Below the pieces are notes generated by a model that was given only the letters and a program-made list of their open reading frames with translations, was not told the DNA's origin and did no database searches. A program made the position numbers and the translations under genes. A DNA stretch of 64,000 nucleotides, from positions 2,432,001-2,496,000 of the forward strand of contig CAWDEM010000008.1 in NCBI GenBank assembly GCA_963801355.1. The letters run 5' to 3'. The DNA is from Ignavibacteriota bacterium. Its GTDB lineage: Bacteria > Bacteroidota > Ignavibacteria > UBA10030 > UBA6906. Below, in pieces: positions 38,685 to 50,173 of this stretch. Position 1 is the stretch's first letter. The number at the start of each line of letters is the position of its first letter.

Positions 38685-39815
38685 TCATCCGAGAATCGCC
38701 AGCAACACACCCGCCGCGATAGCCGTACCGATGACGCCCGCCACATTGGGTCCCATGGCATGCATCAGAAGGTAGTTCTGGGGGTTGTACTCCTGCCCGA
38801 TGTTGTGCGAGACACGGGCCGCCATCGGAACGGCAGAGACACCGGCCGACCCGATCAGCGGATTGACTTTTCCACCCGTGAGGCGGTACATCACTTTGCC
38901 GAGGAGCACCCCGCCGACAGTGGAGAACCCGAAAGCAATCACGCCCAGTACGATGATCTTCATCGTCTCCCAGCGCAGGAATACGTCCGCCCCCATGGTC
39001 ATCCCCACACACGTGCCGAGAAAGAACGTTACGATATTGATGAGCTCGTTCTGGGCCATATTGGTGAGACGCTCGACCACACCGCTTTCACGGAGGAGGT
39101 TCCCCCCCATAAGCATAGCCAGCAGCGGCGCAGCAGGAGGGACGACGAACACACCCACGACGGTGACTGCAAGGGGGAAGATGATCTTCACCTTGTGGGA
39201 CACCGGCTTCGGTATCTCCATGACAACGGTGCGTTCCTTTTCGGTTGTGAGCAACCGCATGATGGGCGGTTGAATGAGCGGGACAAGGGCCATATAGGAG
39301 TAGGCGGCCACAGCGATGGGTCCGAGGAGGTGCGGCGCGAGTTTGAGCGTCAGGTAGATGGCCGTCGGTCCGTCGGCGCCGCCGATAATGCCGATCGCCG
39401 CCGCTTCTTTGAACGTGAAGCCGAGAGCGACCGCGGACATGAGCGCAACGAACACGCCAAACTGGGCGGCCGCGCCCAGCAAAAACGTTTTGGGATTCGA
39501 CAGGAGCGGTCCGAAATCGGTCATTGCCCCGATGCCAAGAAAGATCAGCGGCGGAAAAATCTCCAGCTCGATCCCTTTGGAGAGATAGTAGTACAATCCG
39601 CCGATTTCCGACCCGCTGGGCGGCGTCAACAGTCCGTTCCCCGGCAGGTTCGCCAGAAATGCTCCGAGCCCGATCGGCAGGAGCAGGAGCGGCTCAAACC
39701 CCCGGCGGATCGCCAGATAGATAAGCAGTGACGCAACGGTAAGCATCACCACGTTTCCCCAGGTGAGAGACCAGAACCCCATCCCCGCTACAAATTTTTG
39801 CAGATTCTCGATCAT
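38685..39815 (-). CDS. mmdB: Na+-translocating decarboxylase beta subunit
   Basis: [27 protein letters not shown] and HAMGPNVAG motifs. Confidence 0.93.
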   Translation of the reverse strand: MIENLQKFVAGMGFWSLTWGNVVMLTVASLLIYLAIRRGFEPLLLLPIGLGAFLANLPGNGLLTPPSGSEIGGLYYYLSKGIELEIFPPLIFLGIGAMTDFGPLLSNPKTFLLGAAAQFGVFVALMSAVALGFTFKEAAAIGIIGGADGPTAIYLTLKLAPHLLGPIAVAAYSYMALVPLIQPPIMRLLTTEKERTVVMEIPKPVSHKVKIIFPLAVTVVGVFVVPPAAPLLAMLMGGNLLRESGVVERLTNMAQNELINIVTFFLGTCVGMTMGADVFLRWETMKIIVLGVIAFGFSTVGGVLLGKVMYRLTGGKVNPLIGSAGVSAVPMAARVSHNIGQEYNPQNYLLMHAMGPNVAGVIGTAIAAGVLLAILG

Positions 39816-39826
39816 GAGGGATCCGC

Positions 39827-40237
39827 CTATTCGAACGAGAGGAGTACTTGACCCGCCTCGATTTTGTCACCCGGTTTCACTTTGATGGCCTTGATCTTGC
39901 CGTTTTGCGGGGATGAAATATTCGTCTTCATCTTCATCGCCTCGAGGACAAACAGCACGTCATTCTGCTTGACCGTATCCCCTTCCTTGACCGGGATTTC
40001 CAGAACAACCCCATTGATCGGTGATGTCAGCGATTTCTTATCCGCACCCGATACTTTTCCTTTTGGAGAGGCAGTCGAAGGCATGGCCAGGGAAGCGGTT
40101 GGCGGAGTCACATAGCTGTCGACAACCCGTGGGGGGGGGTGGAACGCATGTTGTGGTTCCACTAGATCATCGTCCTGGACGACCTCCACATCGACTTCGT
40201 AGCGTTTGCCGTTGACGGTAATAAGCAGCTTTTTCAT
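39827..40237 (-). CDS. mmdC: Biotin carboxyl carrier (gamma) subunit
   Basis: [11 protein letters not shown]-terminus and EAMKM biotinylation motif. Confidence 0.9.
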   Translation of the reverse strand: MKKLLITVNGKRYEVDVEVVQDDDLVEPQHAFHPPPRVVDSYVTPPTASLAMPSTASPKGKVSGADKKSLTSPINGVVLEIPVKEGDTVKQNDVLFVLEAMKMKTNISSPQNGKIKAIKVKPGDKIEAGQVLLSFE

Positions 40238-40587
40238 AGTGGCGATTTCCTTCTTGAGATTGCATGAGAAGCCATGATGTTGAGCCGCCCGGTGACGGCC
40301 CATGCCGGTTCCGCCGAAGGTTCCAGGAAACGCACGCGGCGGATGGAGATCGGGCGCTTGAGCATGACGGTCGCTGATGCGGCAAGCACGGCGACGATTT
40401 CATCGTTTAGATCGACATCCACCTTGTGCGTGTCGACCTTCGTCGCGTAGTTCTTGATGCGCCGGGAATTCAGCCATTCATCGGCATTTTTTAAGAACCA
40501 GATGAGGCCGGCGAGTGCGCTGAGGACGACCAGGGTCACCGACATGCCGACAACCAGAAGGAGAAGGCTTTGCGTGAAGTTATCCAT
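40234..40587 (-). CDS. OadG/delta-type decarboxylase membrane anchor subunit
   Basis: GMSVTLVVL transmembrane segment, EIVAVLAA and WAVTGR motifs; operon position. Confidence 0.8.
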   Translation of the reverse strand: MDNFTQSLLLLVVGMSVTLVVLSALAGLIWFLKNADEWLNSRRIKNYATKVDTHKVDVDLNDEIVAVLAASATVMLKRPISIRRVRFLEPSAEPAWAVTGRLNIMASHAISRRKSPL

Positions 40588-40603
40588 GTTCCGGTCCCCG
40601 CTC

Positions 40604-42157
40604 TTAGAGCGGTATCAATCCATGTTTTTTCTGCGGACGCTGGTCGCGCTTGTTTCGCAACGATTCCAGGGCGACGGAAAGATAGGCCCGGGTCGCCTTC
40701 GGCTCGATGACGGCATCCACCATGCCGCGCTGCGCCGCCTGGTACGGTGTCGAGAATTCCTGCTTGTATCGGGCGATGAGACGCGCGCGGACCTCTTTGG
40801 GATCAGGGGCATTCTTGATATCGCTGCGGTACAGCACATTTACAGCGCCCTCGGCACCCATGACGGCAATTTCCGCGGTCGGCCATGCGGCAACGCGGTC
40901 CGCCCCCAGCGACTTGGCGCACATTGCCAGATAAGCTCCACCATAGGCCTTGCGGACAACCACCGTGATCTTCGGCACGGTGGAGGCGGAGAATGAAAAG
41001 AGCATCTTCGCGCCATGCCGGATGATCCCGCCGAACTCCTGTTCGACTCCCGGCAGAAATCCCGGGACATCCACGAACTGAATGAGCGGGACATTGAACG
41101 CATTGCAGAAGCGGATGAAGCGGGATGCTTTGTCGGAGGCGTCAATATCAATCGCACCAAATTTCGCTGCGGGCTGGTTCGCCACAACGCCCACCACCCT
41201 GCCGTTGAGCCGCGCAAAGCAGACAATGATGTTCATCGCATAGTGGCTGTGCACTTCGAACAGGGTATCGGGATCGAAAATCCTCTGCAGGATGTCAAAC
41301 ATATTGTACGGATCGCGCGGATCGTCCGGCACCACGGTGTTCAGAGCTTCATCTTCGATAATAGTCAACTCCCCCGTATGCTGTGAGGGGGGATCTTCGG
41401 TGTTGTTATTCGGGAGATAGCTGAGAAGCCGTTGTACGATCTCGATGGCGTCAGCATCATCACGGGCGATGAAATGGACGTTGCCGCTTTGTGCCGACTG
41501 GGCCTCCGCTCCGCCGAGTTCTTCCGCACTGATCGATTCCCCCGTGGCCTCCCGGATCACCTCCGGCCCCGCGATGAACAGCTGCCCGATCCCCTTGACC
41601 ATGACGATGAAATCCGTCAGGGCCGGGGAGTACGCCGCACCTCCCGCACACGGGCCGGCAATGATGGAGATCTGCGGGACGACACCGGAAAGCAGGGTGT
41701 TGTGATAGAAGATCCTGCCGTATCCCTGGAGTGAATCGACACCTTCCTGTATGCGCGCGCCGCCACTGTCATTGATCGCGATGTAGGGTGCACCCGCTTT
41801 CAGTGCCATTTCCATGATATCGCAGATTTTCCACGCGTGCATCAATCCCACGCTTCCACCCATGACGGTGAAATCCTGCGACGAGGCATAGACGAGCCGC
41901 CCCCCGATGGCCCCCAATCCCGTGACCACCCCGTCGGCCGGCAAATCGCGTCCCGCCATGCCGAATGATGTGGAATGATGCTGTACCAGCCGGAAGAGTT
42001 CGTCATAGAAGCCATGATCGAACAACAGGTGAAGGCGTTCATGAGCGGTCATCTTTCCCGCTTTGTGCTGGGCGTCAATCTTCTCCACACCCCCACCCAG
42101 AATCACCAACGCGTTCTTTTCCTTCAATTCCTGGAGTTTTTCCTGTACCGTAGCCAT
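40604..42157 (-). CDS. mmdA: Methylmalonyl-CoA decarboxylase alpha subunit (carboxyltransferase)
   Basis: DSGGARIQEG, GPCAGGA, DVPGFLPG, KAYGGA and KKHG motifs. Confidence 0.9.
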   Translation of the reverse strand: MATVQEKLQELKEKNALVILGGGVEKIDAQHKAGKMTAHERLHLLFDHGFYDELFRLVQHHSTSFGMAGRDLPADGVVTGLGAIGGRLVYASSQDFTVMGGSVGLMHAWKICDIMEMALKAGAPYIAINDSGGARIQEGVDSLQGYGRIFYHNTLLSGVVPQISIIAGPCAGGAAYSPALTDFIVMVKGIGQLFIAGPEVIREATGESISAEELGGAEAQSAQSGNVHFIARDDADAIEIVQRLLSYLPNNNTEDPPSQHTGELTIIEDEALNTVVPDDPRDPYNMFDILQRIFDPDTLFEVHSHYAMNIIVCFARLNGRVVGVVANQPAAKFGAIDIDASDKASRFIRFCNAFNVPLIQFVDVPGFLPGVEQEFGGIIRHGAKMLFSFSASTVPKITVVVRKAYGGAYLAMCAKSLGADRVAAWPTAEIAVMGAEGAVNVLYRSDIKNAPDPKEVRARLIARYKQEFSTPYQAAQRGMVDAVIEPKATRAYLSVALESLRNKRDQRPQKKHGLIPL

Positions 42158-42187
42158 GTGTTGAGTTCCTGTGGATGTGACGCCGCC

Positions 42188-42592
42188 TCACCGGGCGGCG
42201 CAGAGTTCAACCAGCACGCCGTTCGTTGACCTGGGGTGCAGGAAGGCAATCTGGAGCCCTTCAGCCCCCCCGCGCGGCCGGGGGTCAATGAGCTGCATAC
42301 CACCGTCCTGCAATTCCATCAAACTCCCGGGAAGGTCCGCAACGGAAAACGCAATGTGATGGATCCCCTCTCCCCTCTTCTCGATGAATTTCGCGATCGG
42401 ACTCCCGGGATCTGTCGGCTCGAGAAGTTCGATTTTCGTCTGACCGACTTTAAAAAAGGCCGTCTTCACTTTCTGGTCCGCTACCTCCTCCAGGGCATAC
42501 CATGATGTCCCGAGAAGCCGCTCGAAGACGGGCGCTGATTCCTGGATACTCTTGACCGCGATGCCGATGTGCTCAATATGCGTTGGGTTCAT
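42188..42592 (-). CDS. mce: Methylmalonyl-CoA epimerase
   Basis: IEHIGIAV, GEGIHHIAF and FLHP...GVLVEL motifs. Confidence 0.95.
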   Translation of the reverse strand: MNPTHIEHIGIAVKSIQESAPVFERLLGTSWYALEEVADQKVKTAFFKVGQTKIELLEPTDPGSPIAKFIEKRGEGIHHIAFSVADLPGSLMELQDGGMQLIDPRPRGGAEGLQIAFLHPRSTNGVLVELCAAR

Positions 42593-43605
42593 GAGGATGT
42601 CCGCTCCTGTCGTCGTTCAAAAGCTGCACAGAGGGTGTCCACTGCGCCGGCAACGGTCATTGATCCTGCCTGCACTGCTTGCTCGATGCCCGGGAGCAGC
42701 CGCTGGATCTCCGGGTCTGCGGCAAAGCGGGCGCGGAGACGATCATCAAGCATGCTGTGCATCCAATCCAGCATCTGGGCATGCCGCCGTCGCTGGAACA
42801 TGCCACCTTGCGACGTAACACTGCGAAACTCTTCGGCAGCCCTCCATACGGCGGCGATTCCGTCTCCCTCAAGTGCCGAACAGGTCATGACAGGAGTCGT
42901 CCACCCTTCCGTCGCAGGGACAAAATAATGGAGGGCGTGCGCGGTGTCCGCACGCAGGGCCTCGGCGCGCACGCGATTCTCTCCGTCGGCTTTGTTGATG
43001 ACCACGGCATCGGCCAGCTCCATGACACCCTTCTTGATCCCCTGGAGTTCATCGCCGGCACCCGTGATGAGCAGCAGAAGAAAGAAATCGACCATCGACC
43101 GCACGGCGATCTCGCTCTGACCGACGCCGATCGTCTCCACAAGGATCACGTCATAACCCGCGGCTTCGCACACAAGGATGGACTCGCGGGTTTTGCGCGT
43201 CACCCCGCCGAGGGTTCCCCCCGAGGGAGATGGGCGAATGAAGCACCCGGGGTCCCGCGCAAGCCGTTCCATGCGGGTCTTGTCTCCCAGAACGCTCCCC
43301 CGCGTGACACTGCTGCTGGGATCGACCGCCAGCACGGCAACCCGGTGGTTGGAGGCGGTGAGAAGACGCCCGAGAGCTTCGACAAATGTGCTCTTGCCTG
43401 CGCCCGGAACTCCGGTGATCCCCACGCGCAGGGAACCGCCGGTAACAGGAAGGAGCTGTGCGAGCACTTGTTGCGCAACGGCCGCGTGCGCGGGGGCATT
43501 GCTCTCTATGAGCGTAATCGTCCGTCCGAGAATGACGCGATCACCGGATCGCACGCCGGCGACGTACTCATCGACATTGAGTGCGCGACGCCCCTTCGAT
43601 TCCAC
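42589..43605 (-). CDS. meaB: Mutase-associated GTPase
   Basis: GVPGAGKST, DPSS, ETIGVGQSE and NKAD motifs. Confidence 0.95.
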   Translation of the reverse strand: MESKGRRALNVDEYVAGVRSGDRVILGRTITLIESNAPAHAAVAQQVLAQLLPVTGGSLRVGITGVPGAGKSTFVEALGRLLTASNHRVAVLAVDPSSSVTRGSVLGDKTRMERLARDPGCFIRPSPSGGTLGGVTRKTRESILVCEAAGYDVILVETIGVGQSEIAVRSMVDFFLLLLITGAGDELQGIKKGVMELADAVVINKADGENRVRAEALRADTAHALHYFVPATEGWTTPVMTCSALEGDGIAAVWRAAEEFRSVTSQGGMFQRRRHAQMLDWMHSMLDDRLRARFAADPEIQRLLPGIEQAVQAGSMTVAGAVDTLCAAFERRQERTSS

Positions 43606-43606
43606 G

Positions 43607-45784
43607 TCAGCCGATTCTCCGCATCAGTTCGTTCAGCATTGTGCCGGCAGCGACAGGGATCACCGTGCCGGGGCCGAAAATTGACGCTGCGCCGTGTGCG
43701 CGCAGAAAATCATAATCCTGGGCCGGGATCACACCCCCCACGACAACGAGAATATCCTCCCGTCCAAGCTTCTTCAGCTCCTCCACCAGCGCCGGCAACA
43801 GTGTTTTGTGACCGCCTGCAAGAGAACTCATGCCCACAATGTGCACATCGTTTTCGACCGCCTGACGGGCTGTCTCTTCGGGTGTCTGAAAGAGCGGTCC
43901 GACATCGACATCGAAACCCAGATCGGCGAATGCCGTGGCAATGACTTTGGCGCCGCGATCGTGACCGTCCTGTCCCATCTTCGCGACCAGGATCCGCGGG
44001 CGACGCCCCTCCATTCGTGCAAACTCGTCCGCCAGTGCCCGAACGTTGCTGACTTCATCTTTCACGGCGTACTCCCGGGAATAGACACCAGTGATCGTGC
44101 GCACAACCGCAGTATGACGGCCCCAGACCTTCTCCATAGCCTGGGAGATCTCGCCGAGGCTCGCCCGCGCCCGCGCAGCATCGATGGCCAGAGCGAGGAG
44201 ATTGCCTTCGCTGGACTCCGCGCTGTGGGTCAGCGCCCGGAGCGCCGCCTGCACCCGCGCCTCATCCCGGCCTGACCGGAGCTCAGCCAGTCGCGCTATC
44301 TGGGCGTCACGCACGGCACTGTTGTCGACTTCGAGAATCTCTATCGGATCCTCTTTCGCAAGCCGGTACGTATTGACGCCTACGACGGTTTCGCGGGCGG
44401 AATCGATATGCGCCTGCCGGCGCGCCGCGGCTTCTTCAATACGCATCTTGGGCAAACCCGTCTCGATGGCTTTGGCCATCCCCCCCAGACTTTCAATCTC
44501 CTGTATGTGCTCCCACGCGCGCCTCATCAACAGATCTGTCAATGCCTCCACATAGTATGAGCCGCCCCATGGGTCAATCACACGGCAAATCCCTGTTTCT
44601 TCCTGCAGGAACAGCTGCGTGTTGCGCGCGATGCGCGCCGAAAAATCCGTCGGCAACGCAATTGCCTCATCAAGCGAATTGGTGTGCAGCGACTGGGTGT
44701 GGCCGAGAGCAGCGGCCATAGCCTCAAGGCACGTCCGGTTGACATTGTTGAACGGATCCTGCTCGGTCAGGCTCCAGCCGGACGTCTGCGAATGCGTCCG
44801 CAACGCCATGGACTTCGGATCACGCGGGTTGAACTGTTTGATGAGCTTCGCCCAGATCAACCTCGCAGCGCGCATTTTGGCGATTTCCATGAAATAGTTC
44901 ATGCCGATCGCCCAGAAGAACGACACACGTGGCGCGAATGCATCGATGTCTATCCCCGCCTTCAACCCCGTGCGCACATACTCCAGACCGTCCGCCAGCG
45001 TATAGGCCATTTCCAGATCCGCCGTCGCACCCGCTTCCTGCATATGGTAGCCGGAAATGCTTATGCAGTTGAACTTCGGCATCCGTTGTGACGTGAACGC
45101 GAAAATATCGGCGATGATGCGCATCGAACCCGCAGGCGGATAGATGTACGTGTTGCGCACCATGTACTCTTTGAGAATGTCATTCTGAATCGTTCCGGCA
45201 AGGTGTTCGGGCGAGATGCCTTGTTCCTCGGCGGCGACAACGTAGAACGCCATGATCGGGAGCACCGCACCATTCATCGTCATGGAGACCGACATCTTGT
45301 CCAACGGTATCCCCTCAAACAAGATCTTCATGTCCAGGATCGAATCGACGGCAACACCGGCTTTGCCGACATCCCCGACAACCCGCGGATGATCTGAATC
45401 ATATCCACGATGCGTGGCAAGGTCGAACGCAATCGAGAGCCCCTTCTGACCGGCAGCCAGGTTGCGACGGTAAAAGGCATTGCTCTCTTCTGCGGTGGAG
45501 AACCCGGCGTACTGGCGGACCGTCCAGGGCTGCATGACGTACATCGTTGCATACGGACCGCGGAGGAAGGGCGGAATGCCCGCGGTGAAGCCAAGGTGTT
45601 CAAGGTGCATCAGATCGTCCGCCGTATACAGAGGCTTGACGGATATCTGTTCATTTGTCTTCCAGAGCAGGTCCCCGGACTTCATGCCCGTGTGTTGTGC
45701 CAGGGCCGCCTCCCAAGAGCCGACGGTGCCCTTCGCGGAAGGAGACAGAAGAGCGACCTGAGAGAAATCGGGCATCGGCTTCAT
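43607..45784 (-). CDS. scpA: Methylmalonyl-CoA mutase large (catalytic, B12-binding) subunit
   Basis: [17 protein letters not shown] and GQDGHDRG B12 motif. Confidence 0.97.
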   Translation of the reverse strand: MKPMPDFSQVALLSPSAKGTVGSWEAALAQHTGMKSGDLLWKTNEQISVKPLYTADDLMHLEHLGFTAGIPPFLRGPYATMYVMQPWTVRQYAGFSTAEESNAFYRRNLAAGQKGLSIAFDLATHRGYDSDHPRVVGDVGKAGVAVDSILDMKILFEGIPLDKMSVSMTMNGAVLPIMAFYVVAAEEQGISPEHLAGTIQNDILKEYMVRNTYIYPPAGSMRIIADIFAFTSQRMPKFNCISISGYHMQEAGATADLEMAYTLADGLEYVRTGLKAGIDIDAFAPRVSFFWAIGMNYFMEIAKMRAARLIWAKLIKQFNPRDPKSMALRTHSQTSGWSLTEQDPFNNVNRTCLEAMAAALGHTQSLHTNSLDEAIALPTDFSARIARNTQLFLQEETGICRVIDPWGGSYYVEALTDLLMRRAWEHIQEIESLGGMAKAIETGLPKMRIEEAAARRQAHIDSARETVVGVNTYRLAKEDPIEILEVDNSAVRDAQIARLAELRSGRDEARVQAALRALTHSAESSEGNLLALAIDAARARASLGEISQAMEKVWGRHTAVVRTITGVYSREYAVKDEVSNVRALADEFARMEGRRPRILVAKMGQDGHDRGAKVIATAFADLGFDVDVGPLFQTPEETARQAVENDVHIVGMSSLAGGHKTLLPALVEELKKLGREDILVVVGGVIPAQDYDFLRAHGAASIFGPGTVIPVAAGTMLNELMRRIG

Positions 45785-47931
45785 GTGCGTACTCCCCTCT
45801 TTGCCAGGAGAGAGCGGAGCGTTTCCAGTACATTCGAACGCATATGAATAAACTCATCGACCCCCGCGGAGCGGAATGATTCCACGTGCTCCTGCGGATA
45901 GCCTGCCAGCACTATCGTCAGGTCCGTACGTTCCCGCCTGACTGCGGCGCAGAATGCCGGTACCAGGGCCGGATATGTATCGTCCGTCGAGCAGAGAGCA
46001 ACAATTCCGGCTCCGGACACGCAAGCCGCGTGAGCCGCTTCCTCCGGCGTGGCAAAGCCGTCGGGGGTGATCACTTCGCATCCGGCGACAGCGAAGTAGC
46101 CCGCGGCGAAATCAGCACGTGGTTTATGCTGTGCGATGGGCCCCATGGTCGCCAGAAAGACGCGCACCGGACTCCCGGTGTGATGTGCGTACGCAACCAT
46201 TGCGTCCCGTAAGGCTTCGAAGCCCGCCGCGCGCCGGGTCGGCACCAGAGGGATCACATCGACCGGCGAGGTCCTGGATGGCGACGGGATGGCGTGCATG
46301 AGTTCGCCCACCGTTGCCTCCCGGCACGCCGCATCGATCAGCGCCGACATGAGACCACCGGAACCTTCGCCCGCCCTCGCCGGGATGCGTGCAAGCGCTG
46401 CAGCACTGCCGGCACGATCACGGCGCATCCGGAACGCACGCACTTCGTCCACACGCTGCGCCTGGATCTCCGCGAGAGTTTCTTCCCGTGCCCCGAGAGG
46501 GTGTTCGCCCGGGTTGGCATACGCCGTGACACCGACAATCGTGTCCTTCCGGCGTGCAACACCCTCCGCGCGTTGCGCGGCAACCTTTTGCACCCGCCTC
46601 TGTATCTCTCCGTTTAGAATCGCCGGGCCGATCCCTCCGGAGGATTCGATTTCCTGAAACACCCGCCAGCTCTTTTGCGCGACCTCGTCCGTCAACGCCT
46701 CGACATACCACGACCCGCCTGCAGGATCAATGACCCTCGGAATATGAGCTTCCGACTGGATCACGATCTGAGTGTTCCGCGCAATCCGCCGCGAGAATTC
46801 GTCGGGGGGCCGGACGGCTTCGTCAAAGAAGCCGACATGCATGCTGTCACAACCGCCCACTCCGCCGGCAAGGGCTTCCGTTGTCGTGCGCAGCATATTG
46901 ACGTACGGGTCGACGGCGGTGACCTCATGGGACGATGTACGAACGTGCAATACCATCTTCTGTGCATCCTCGCTGCCGCCGAACGCATGCACGGCCGTTG
47001 CCCAGAGCACCCTCGCCGCCCTGAACTTCGCCACCTCCATGAAGAACTGCGTCCCGGAGCTGAGGGAGAACCAGACCTGCCGGGCGGCGTCATCCACAGC
47101 CATTCCCCGCCGTATCATCTCACGAACGTACTCAACACCGGATGCGAGGGCACACGCCAGCTCCAGAACAGCATCGGCACCGGCGTCATGGTACGCACGG
47201 GAACGGACGGCGATCGATCGCAGTTCGGGGGCATGCTCCGCCGCCCAGGACGCGGTGAGATGCATTCTGTCATACGCTGTTGCCAGGCCGAACGGCAAAC
47301 TTCCGTTCACAAGCAGAAGACTCAAAGGATCGGTTCCGATGGCTCCCCGGAGTCTGTCGGTCGACATCCCCGATTGCTCCGCCAGCGCCACAAACATGGC
47401 CAGGACCGCGGGCAACCCCAGATCTGCCTCAAGGTGCACCGGGACTCCGGCGATGTCGACTCCGGACAAAACGGTCTGCAGATCCGAAAGTGAAGTGATC
47501 GAGAGGCCCTCGAGGCCCACCGATGATTGAACGGCGGCGTCGGCATCAATGCCGAGCCGGGTCGCCCGGTCCAGAGGGAGATATACCGCAGTCTGGCCCC
47601 TCTCAATGTCGCTCCGCAGGGCCGCGTTTGCATCAGTTGCTTTGCAGTAGGGGATCTCCTGGGCAACCAGCCAGGGGTGAACCACACACCCCGCAGTCTC
47701 TGTTCCCCGGCGAAACGGGGGAAGCCCCGGGAAATCAAGAGCACCCGCCGAATTGCTGCCACCCGCAGTATAGATAGGTTGGAGATCAATGCCTTCGTAC
47801 GTGTGCGTCAGCATTTTCTTCTCAAACGGGACCCCTTTGAGGAGCTTTTCGGTGGCGGCTTTCCATTGTTCGGTGGTGGCGGGAGAAAACTCACTGAAGA
47901 CGAGCTTCTGAGATGGCGAATCCGGTAGCAT
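45781..47931 (-). CDS. mutA: Methylmalonyl-CoA mutase small (non-catalytic) subunit
   Basis: Mutase-family motifs ([22 protein letters not shown]) without DxHxxG; start at 47931 or 47949. Confidence 0.9.
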   Translation of the reverse strand: MLPDSPSQKLVFSEFSPATTEQWKAATEKLLKGVPFEKKMLTHTYEGIDLQPIYTAGGSNSAGALDFPGLPPFRRGTETAGCVVHPWLVAQEIPYCKATDANAALRSDIERGQTAVYLPLDRATRLGIDADAAVQSSVGLEGLSITSLSDLQTVLSGVDIAGVPVHLEADLGLPAVLAMFVALAEQSGMSTDRLRGAIGTDPLSLLLVNGSLPFGLATAYDRMHLTASWAAEHAPELRSIAVRSRAYHDAGADAVLELACALASGVEYVREMIRRGMAVDDAARQVWFSLSSGTQFFMEVAKFRAARVLWATAVHAFGGSEDAQKMVLHVRTSSHEVTAVDPYVNMLRTTTEALAGGVGGCDSMHVGFFDEAVRPPDEFSRRIARNTQIVIQSEAHIPRVIDPAGGSWYVEALTDEVAQKSWRVFQEIESSGGIGPAILNGEIQRRVQKVAAQRAEGVARRKDTIVGVTAYANPGEHPLGAREETLAEIQAQRVDEVRAFRMRRDRAGSAAALARIPARAGEGSGGLMSALIDAACREATVGELMHAIPSPSRTSPVDVIPLVPTRRAAGFEALRDAMVAYAHHTGSPVRVFLATMGPIAQHKPRADFAAGYFAVAGCEVITPDGFATPEEAAHAACVSGAGIVALCSTDDTYPALVPAFCAAVRRERTDLTIVLAGYPQEHVESFRSAGVDEFIHMRSNVLETLRSLLAKRGVRT

Positions 47932-48047
47932 TACTGTAGTATTCCTCATCCACGAGACAGAGATCAAGGGGTCCGACACGGAGGGACATGCGGAGGGACG
48001 CCCGAACGACCCCGTCAATATAGGGAAATATTAGGAAAGAGTGAAGC

Positions 48048-48959
48048 TCAACGAAGTGTTGCCTCCAGGGCGCCGCGCAGGGCAGGGTATTTGAAGGTAT
48101 ACCCCGCCTCCAGGAGGCGCGCCGGAAGAATGCGACGGCCGTTCAGTATCATGCCGGCCATTTCGCCGAGGAGCGCTCGCAATACAAAGGAAGGCACGGA
48201 GAGCCAGGACGGCCGCGCGAGGACCCTCCCGAGCTCCCTCGCAAATGTCCTCATTGTGACTGTGTCCGGAGAAACCGCGTTGACAGGACCTGCCATCTCC
48301 GGATGAGTCAGCAGGAAAACCACTGCTCCGACTGCGTCGTCGCGATGCACCCACGGATACCACTGTTTGCCGGAACCGAGAGGACCGCCGACGAACATTC
48401 TGAATGGGACCACCATCCGATCCAGCGCTCCTCCTCCGGGAGCGAGCACAACACCGAACCGTGGGAGTACGACCCTGACGCCAAGGGCGGTGGCAGCGGA
48501 TGCCTCCAACTCCCACTGCCGGCAGGTTGTGCCGAGGAAGTCGTCGCCCGGGCCGTCTTCTTCAGTGACAATGCCCTCACCCGTTGCACCATAGTAGCCT
48601 ACCGCGGAGGCATTGACAAGAACTTCCGGGCGGTGCACGGCGGCTCTCATTGCTGCAACAAGTGCGCGTGTCGAATCGATCCTGCTTTGTGTAATCACGA
48701 CCTTCCTCCGACGGGTCCACCTTCCGCCTGCAAGCGATGCGCCGGAGAGGTTTATCACCGCATGGACTTCCTCCATAGCGTGGCACCATTCGCCTGGAGT
48801 TCTGCCGTCCCAGCGACGAATGTCCACTCCCCCGGGGAAGAGGCCCGGCACCGTGGTGCTCTCGCGGACAAGAGCGACGACCTCATGTCCGCTCGCCGAC
48901 AGTTCCCGTATGAGGGCAGAGCCAATAAATCCTGTCCCTCCGGCAACCAGAATTCTCAT
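48048..48959 (-). CDS. TIGR01777-family NAD(P)-binding oxidoreductase/epimerase
   Basis: GGTGFIG, ASAVGYYG, GGPLGSGKQWYPWVH and GYTFKYP motifs. Confidence 0.92.
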   Translation of the reverse strand: MRILVAGGTGFIGSALIRELSASGHEVVALVRESTTVPGLFPGGVDIRRWDGRTPGEWCHAMEEVHAVINLSGASLAGGRWTRRRKVVITQSRIDSTRALVAAMRAAVHRPEVLVNASAVGYYGATGEGIVTEEDGPGDDFLGTTCRQWELEASAATALGVRVVLPRFGVVLAPGGGALDRMVVPFRMFVGGPLGSGKQWYPWVHRDDAVGAVVFLLTHPEMAGPVNAVSPDTVTMRTFARELGRVLARPSWLSVPSFVLRALLGEMAGMILNGRRILPARLLEAGYTFKYPALRGALEATLR

Positions 48960-48999
48960 GCGGACGCCTCCTTCTGACGTCGCTGCAGTCTATGGATCT

Positions 49000-49302
49000 T
49001 CACGGTGAACCTTCTTTTCGAAGAAAGTACTCCCAGAGCACGATGGTCAAGGTAATCAATCCGAATCCGTAGAGAAAATCCTCAAGAGGAATAGTCCAGA
49101 GTCGCACACCGAGGAAATACTCCGGGTTGTAGCTGACGATCGGTCTCCAGGTCAGATACCCGTTGCTGGGAATCTTGAAAAAGAACATGACGCCCATTGC
49201 GACCCAGTATTCGCGCCTGCGCGTCACCGCAGTGCGGAGGAACCGATCCAGCAGGAGCACGAAGACGGCCGATCCCACCGCGAGGAGCGTGTACTCTTTC
49301 AT
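49000..49302 (-). CDS. Lycopene cyclase domain protein (CrtYd-like half)
   Basis: Small membrane protein with NGYLT and IPLEDFLY motifs. Confidence 0.85.
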   Translation of the reverse strand: MKEYTLLAVGSAVFVLLLDRFLRTAVTRRREYWVAMGVMFFFKIPSNGYLTWRPIVSYNPEYFLGVRLWTIPLEDFLYGFGLITLTIVLWEYFLRKEGSP

Positions 49303-49616
49303 CACCCGCTCCTTCTCCGGATGACCAGACGCACGGCTTCATACGTGAAGACCGACACAAACGCTATCACCACGAAGAACAACCACTCCTCCAGCGGCAT
49401 GCCCAGGAGCCGGAACCCCAGGACAAACGACGGATTGAATGACCAGTGACCGCGCGACGTCACCAGGACATCCCACGTCCAATACACCACGCAGACGATC
49501 GCAATGGCCCGCAGCAAAGCGCCCGGATGTTTGTACATCCGGAGGGGCAACACTACGCTCAGGATCAGGGGGAAGACAAGGATGGCTGCCAGGACGAGAA
49601 GATATTCGGTGTTCAT
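49302..49616 (-). CDS. Lycopene cyclase domain protein (CrtYc-like half)
   Basis: WD...GHWSFN and MPLEEWLFF motifs. Confidence 0.85.
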   Translation of the reverse strand: MNTEYLLVLAAILVFPLILSVVLPLRMYKHPGALLRAIAIVCVVYWTWDVLVTSRGHWSFNPSFVLGFRLLGMPLEEWLFFVVIAFVSVFTYEAVRLVIRRRSG

Positions 49617-50173
49617 TGCCGGCCGCCCTGTACCGATAGGACATCCGGAGAAGCTTCGAGCTCTGTGGTGACGCTGACCGCAAACGTACGCAGCATATCC
49701 TGGAGGTCATCACGCATGCGGTCGCTGATGAAACCCTCACCCAGTACCGGCGCAAACATGTGGATATCAGCGCCGTTCTCGCGCTCAAGCCGCACGCGAA
49801 GACGGACCTTGAGCAATGTGCGGCGCTCTTCAACGGGAGTCGTCTCAAACCGGAACGACATCCAGTTCGGGGCGGTGACTTCCGGCGTCGCATAGGTCAG
49901 GGCATGGTGTCTGCTGCGTGCCAGCAAGAAATCGGTTCTCACAGGCTCCGCAAACGGCATCCGGCGCTCGGTCCTGTACACCCATTGCTCGTCGCCCGCT
50001 GCGGTAATCGCAACGACTCCCGGCATCGTGCGCCGCAACAGGTGTATGTCATTCAGCGTGCTTCTGATAGACGCTTCGGATTGCCGGACCGGAAATTCCG
50101 CTTCCGCAGTCGCGTCGACAATGAATGAATTTCCGAGTACGAGCGTCAGGACTGCAAGGAGAAGGGCGCTCAT
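49613..50173 (-). CDS. Hypothetical protein with N-terminal hydrophobic segment, probable SRPBCC/START-like fold
   Basis: Overlaps both neighbours by 4 nt (translational coupling); LNDIHLLRRTMPGV resembles CoxG/SRPBCC N-terminal helices; long C-terminal helix. Confidence 0.6.
   Translation of the reverse strand: MSALLLAVLTLVLGNSFIVDATAEAEFPVRQSEASIRSTLNDIHLLRRTMPGVVAITAAGDEQWVYRTERRMPFAEPVRTDFLLARSRHHALTYATPEVTAPNWMSFRFETTPVEERRTLLKVRLRVRLERENGADIHMFAPVLGEGFISDRMRDDLQDMLRTFAVSVTTELEASPDVLSVQGGRQ

Noticed and set aside
40131-40139. G9 homopolymer in the biotin carrier gene as a phase-variation site
   Set aside because: It is in frame and encodes the usual Pro-rich linker; no evidence of variation.
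47932-48047. Cobalamin riboswitch before the mutase genes
   Set aside because: The gap is only about 116 nt and has no recognisable B12 box.
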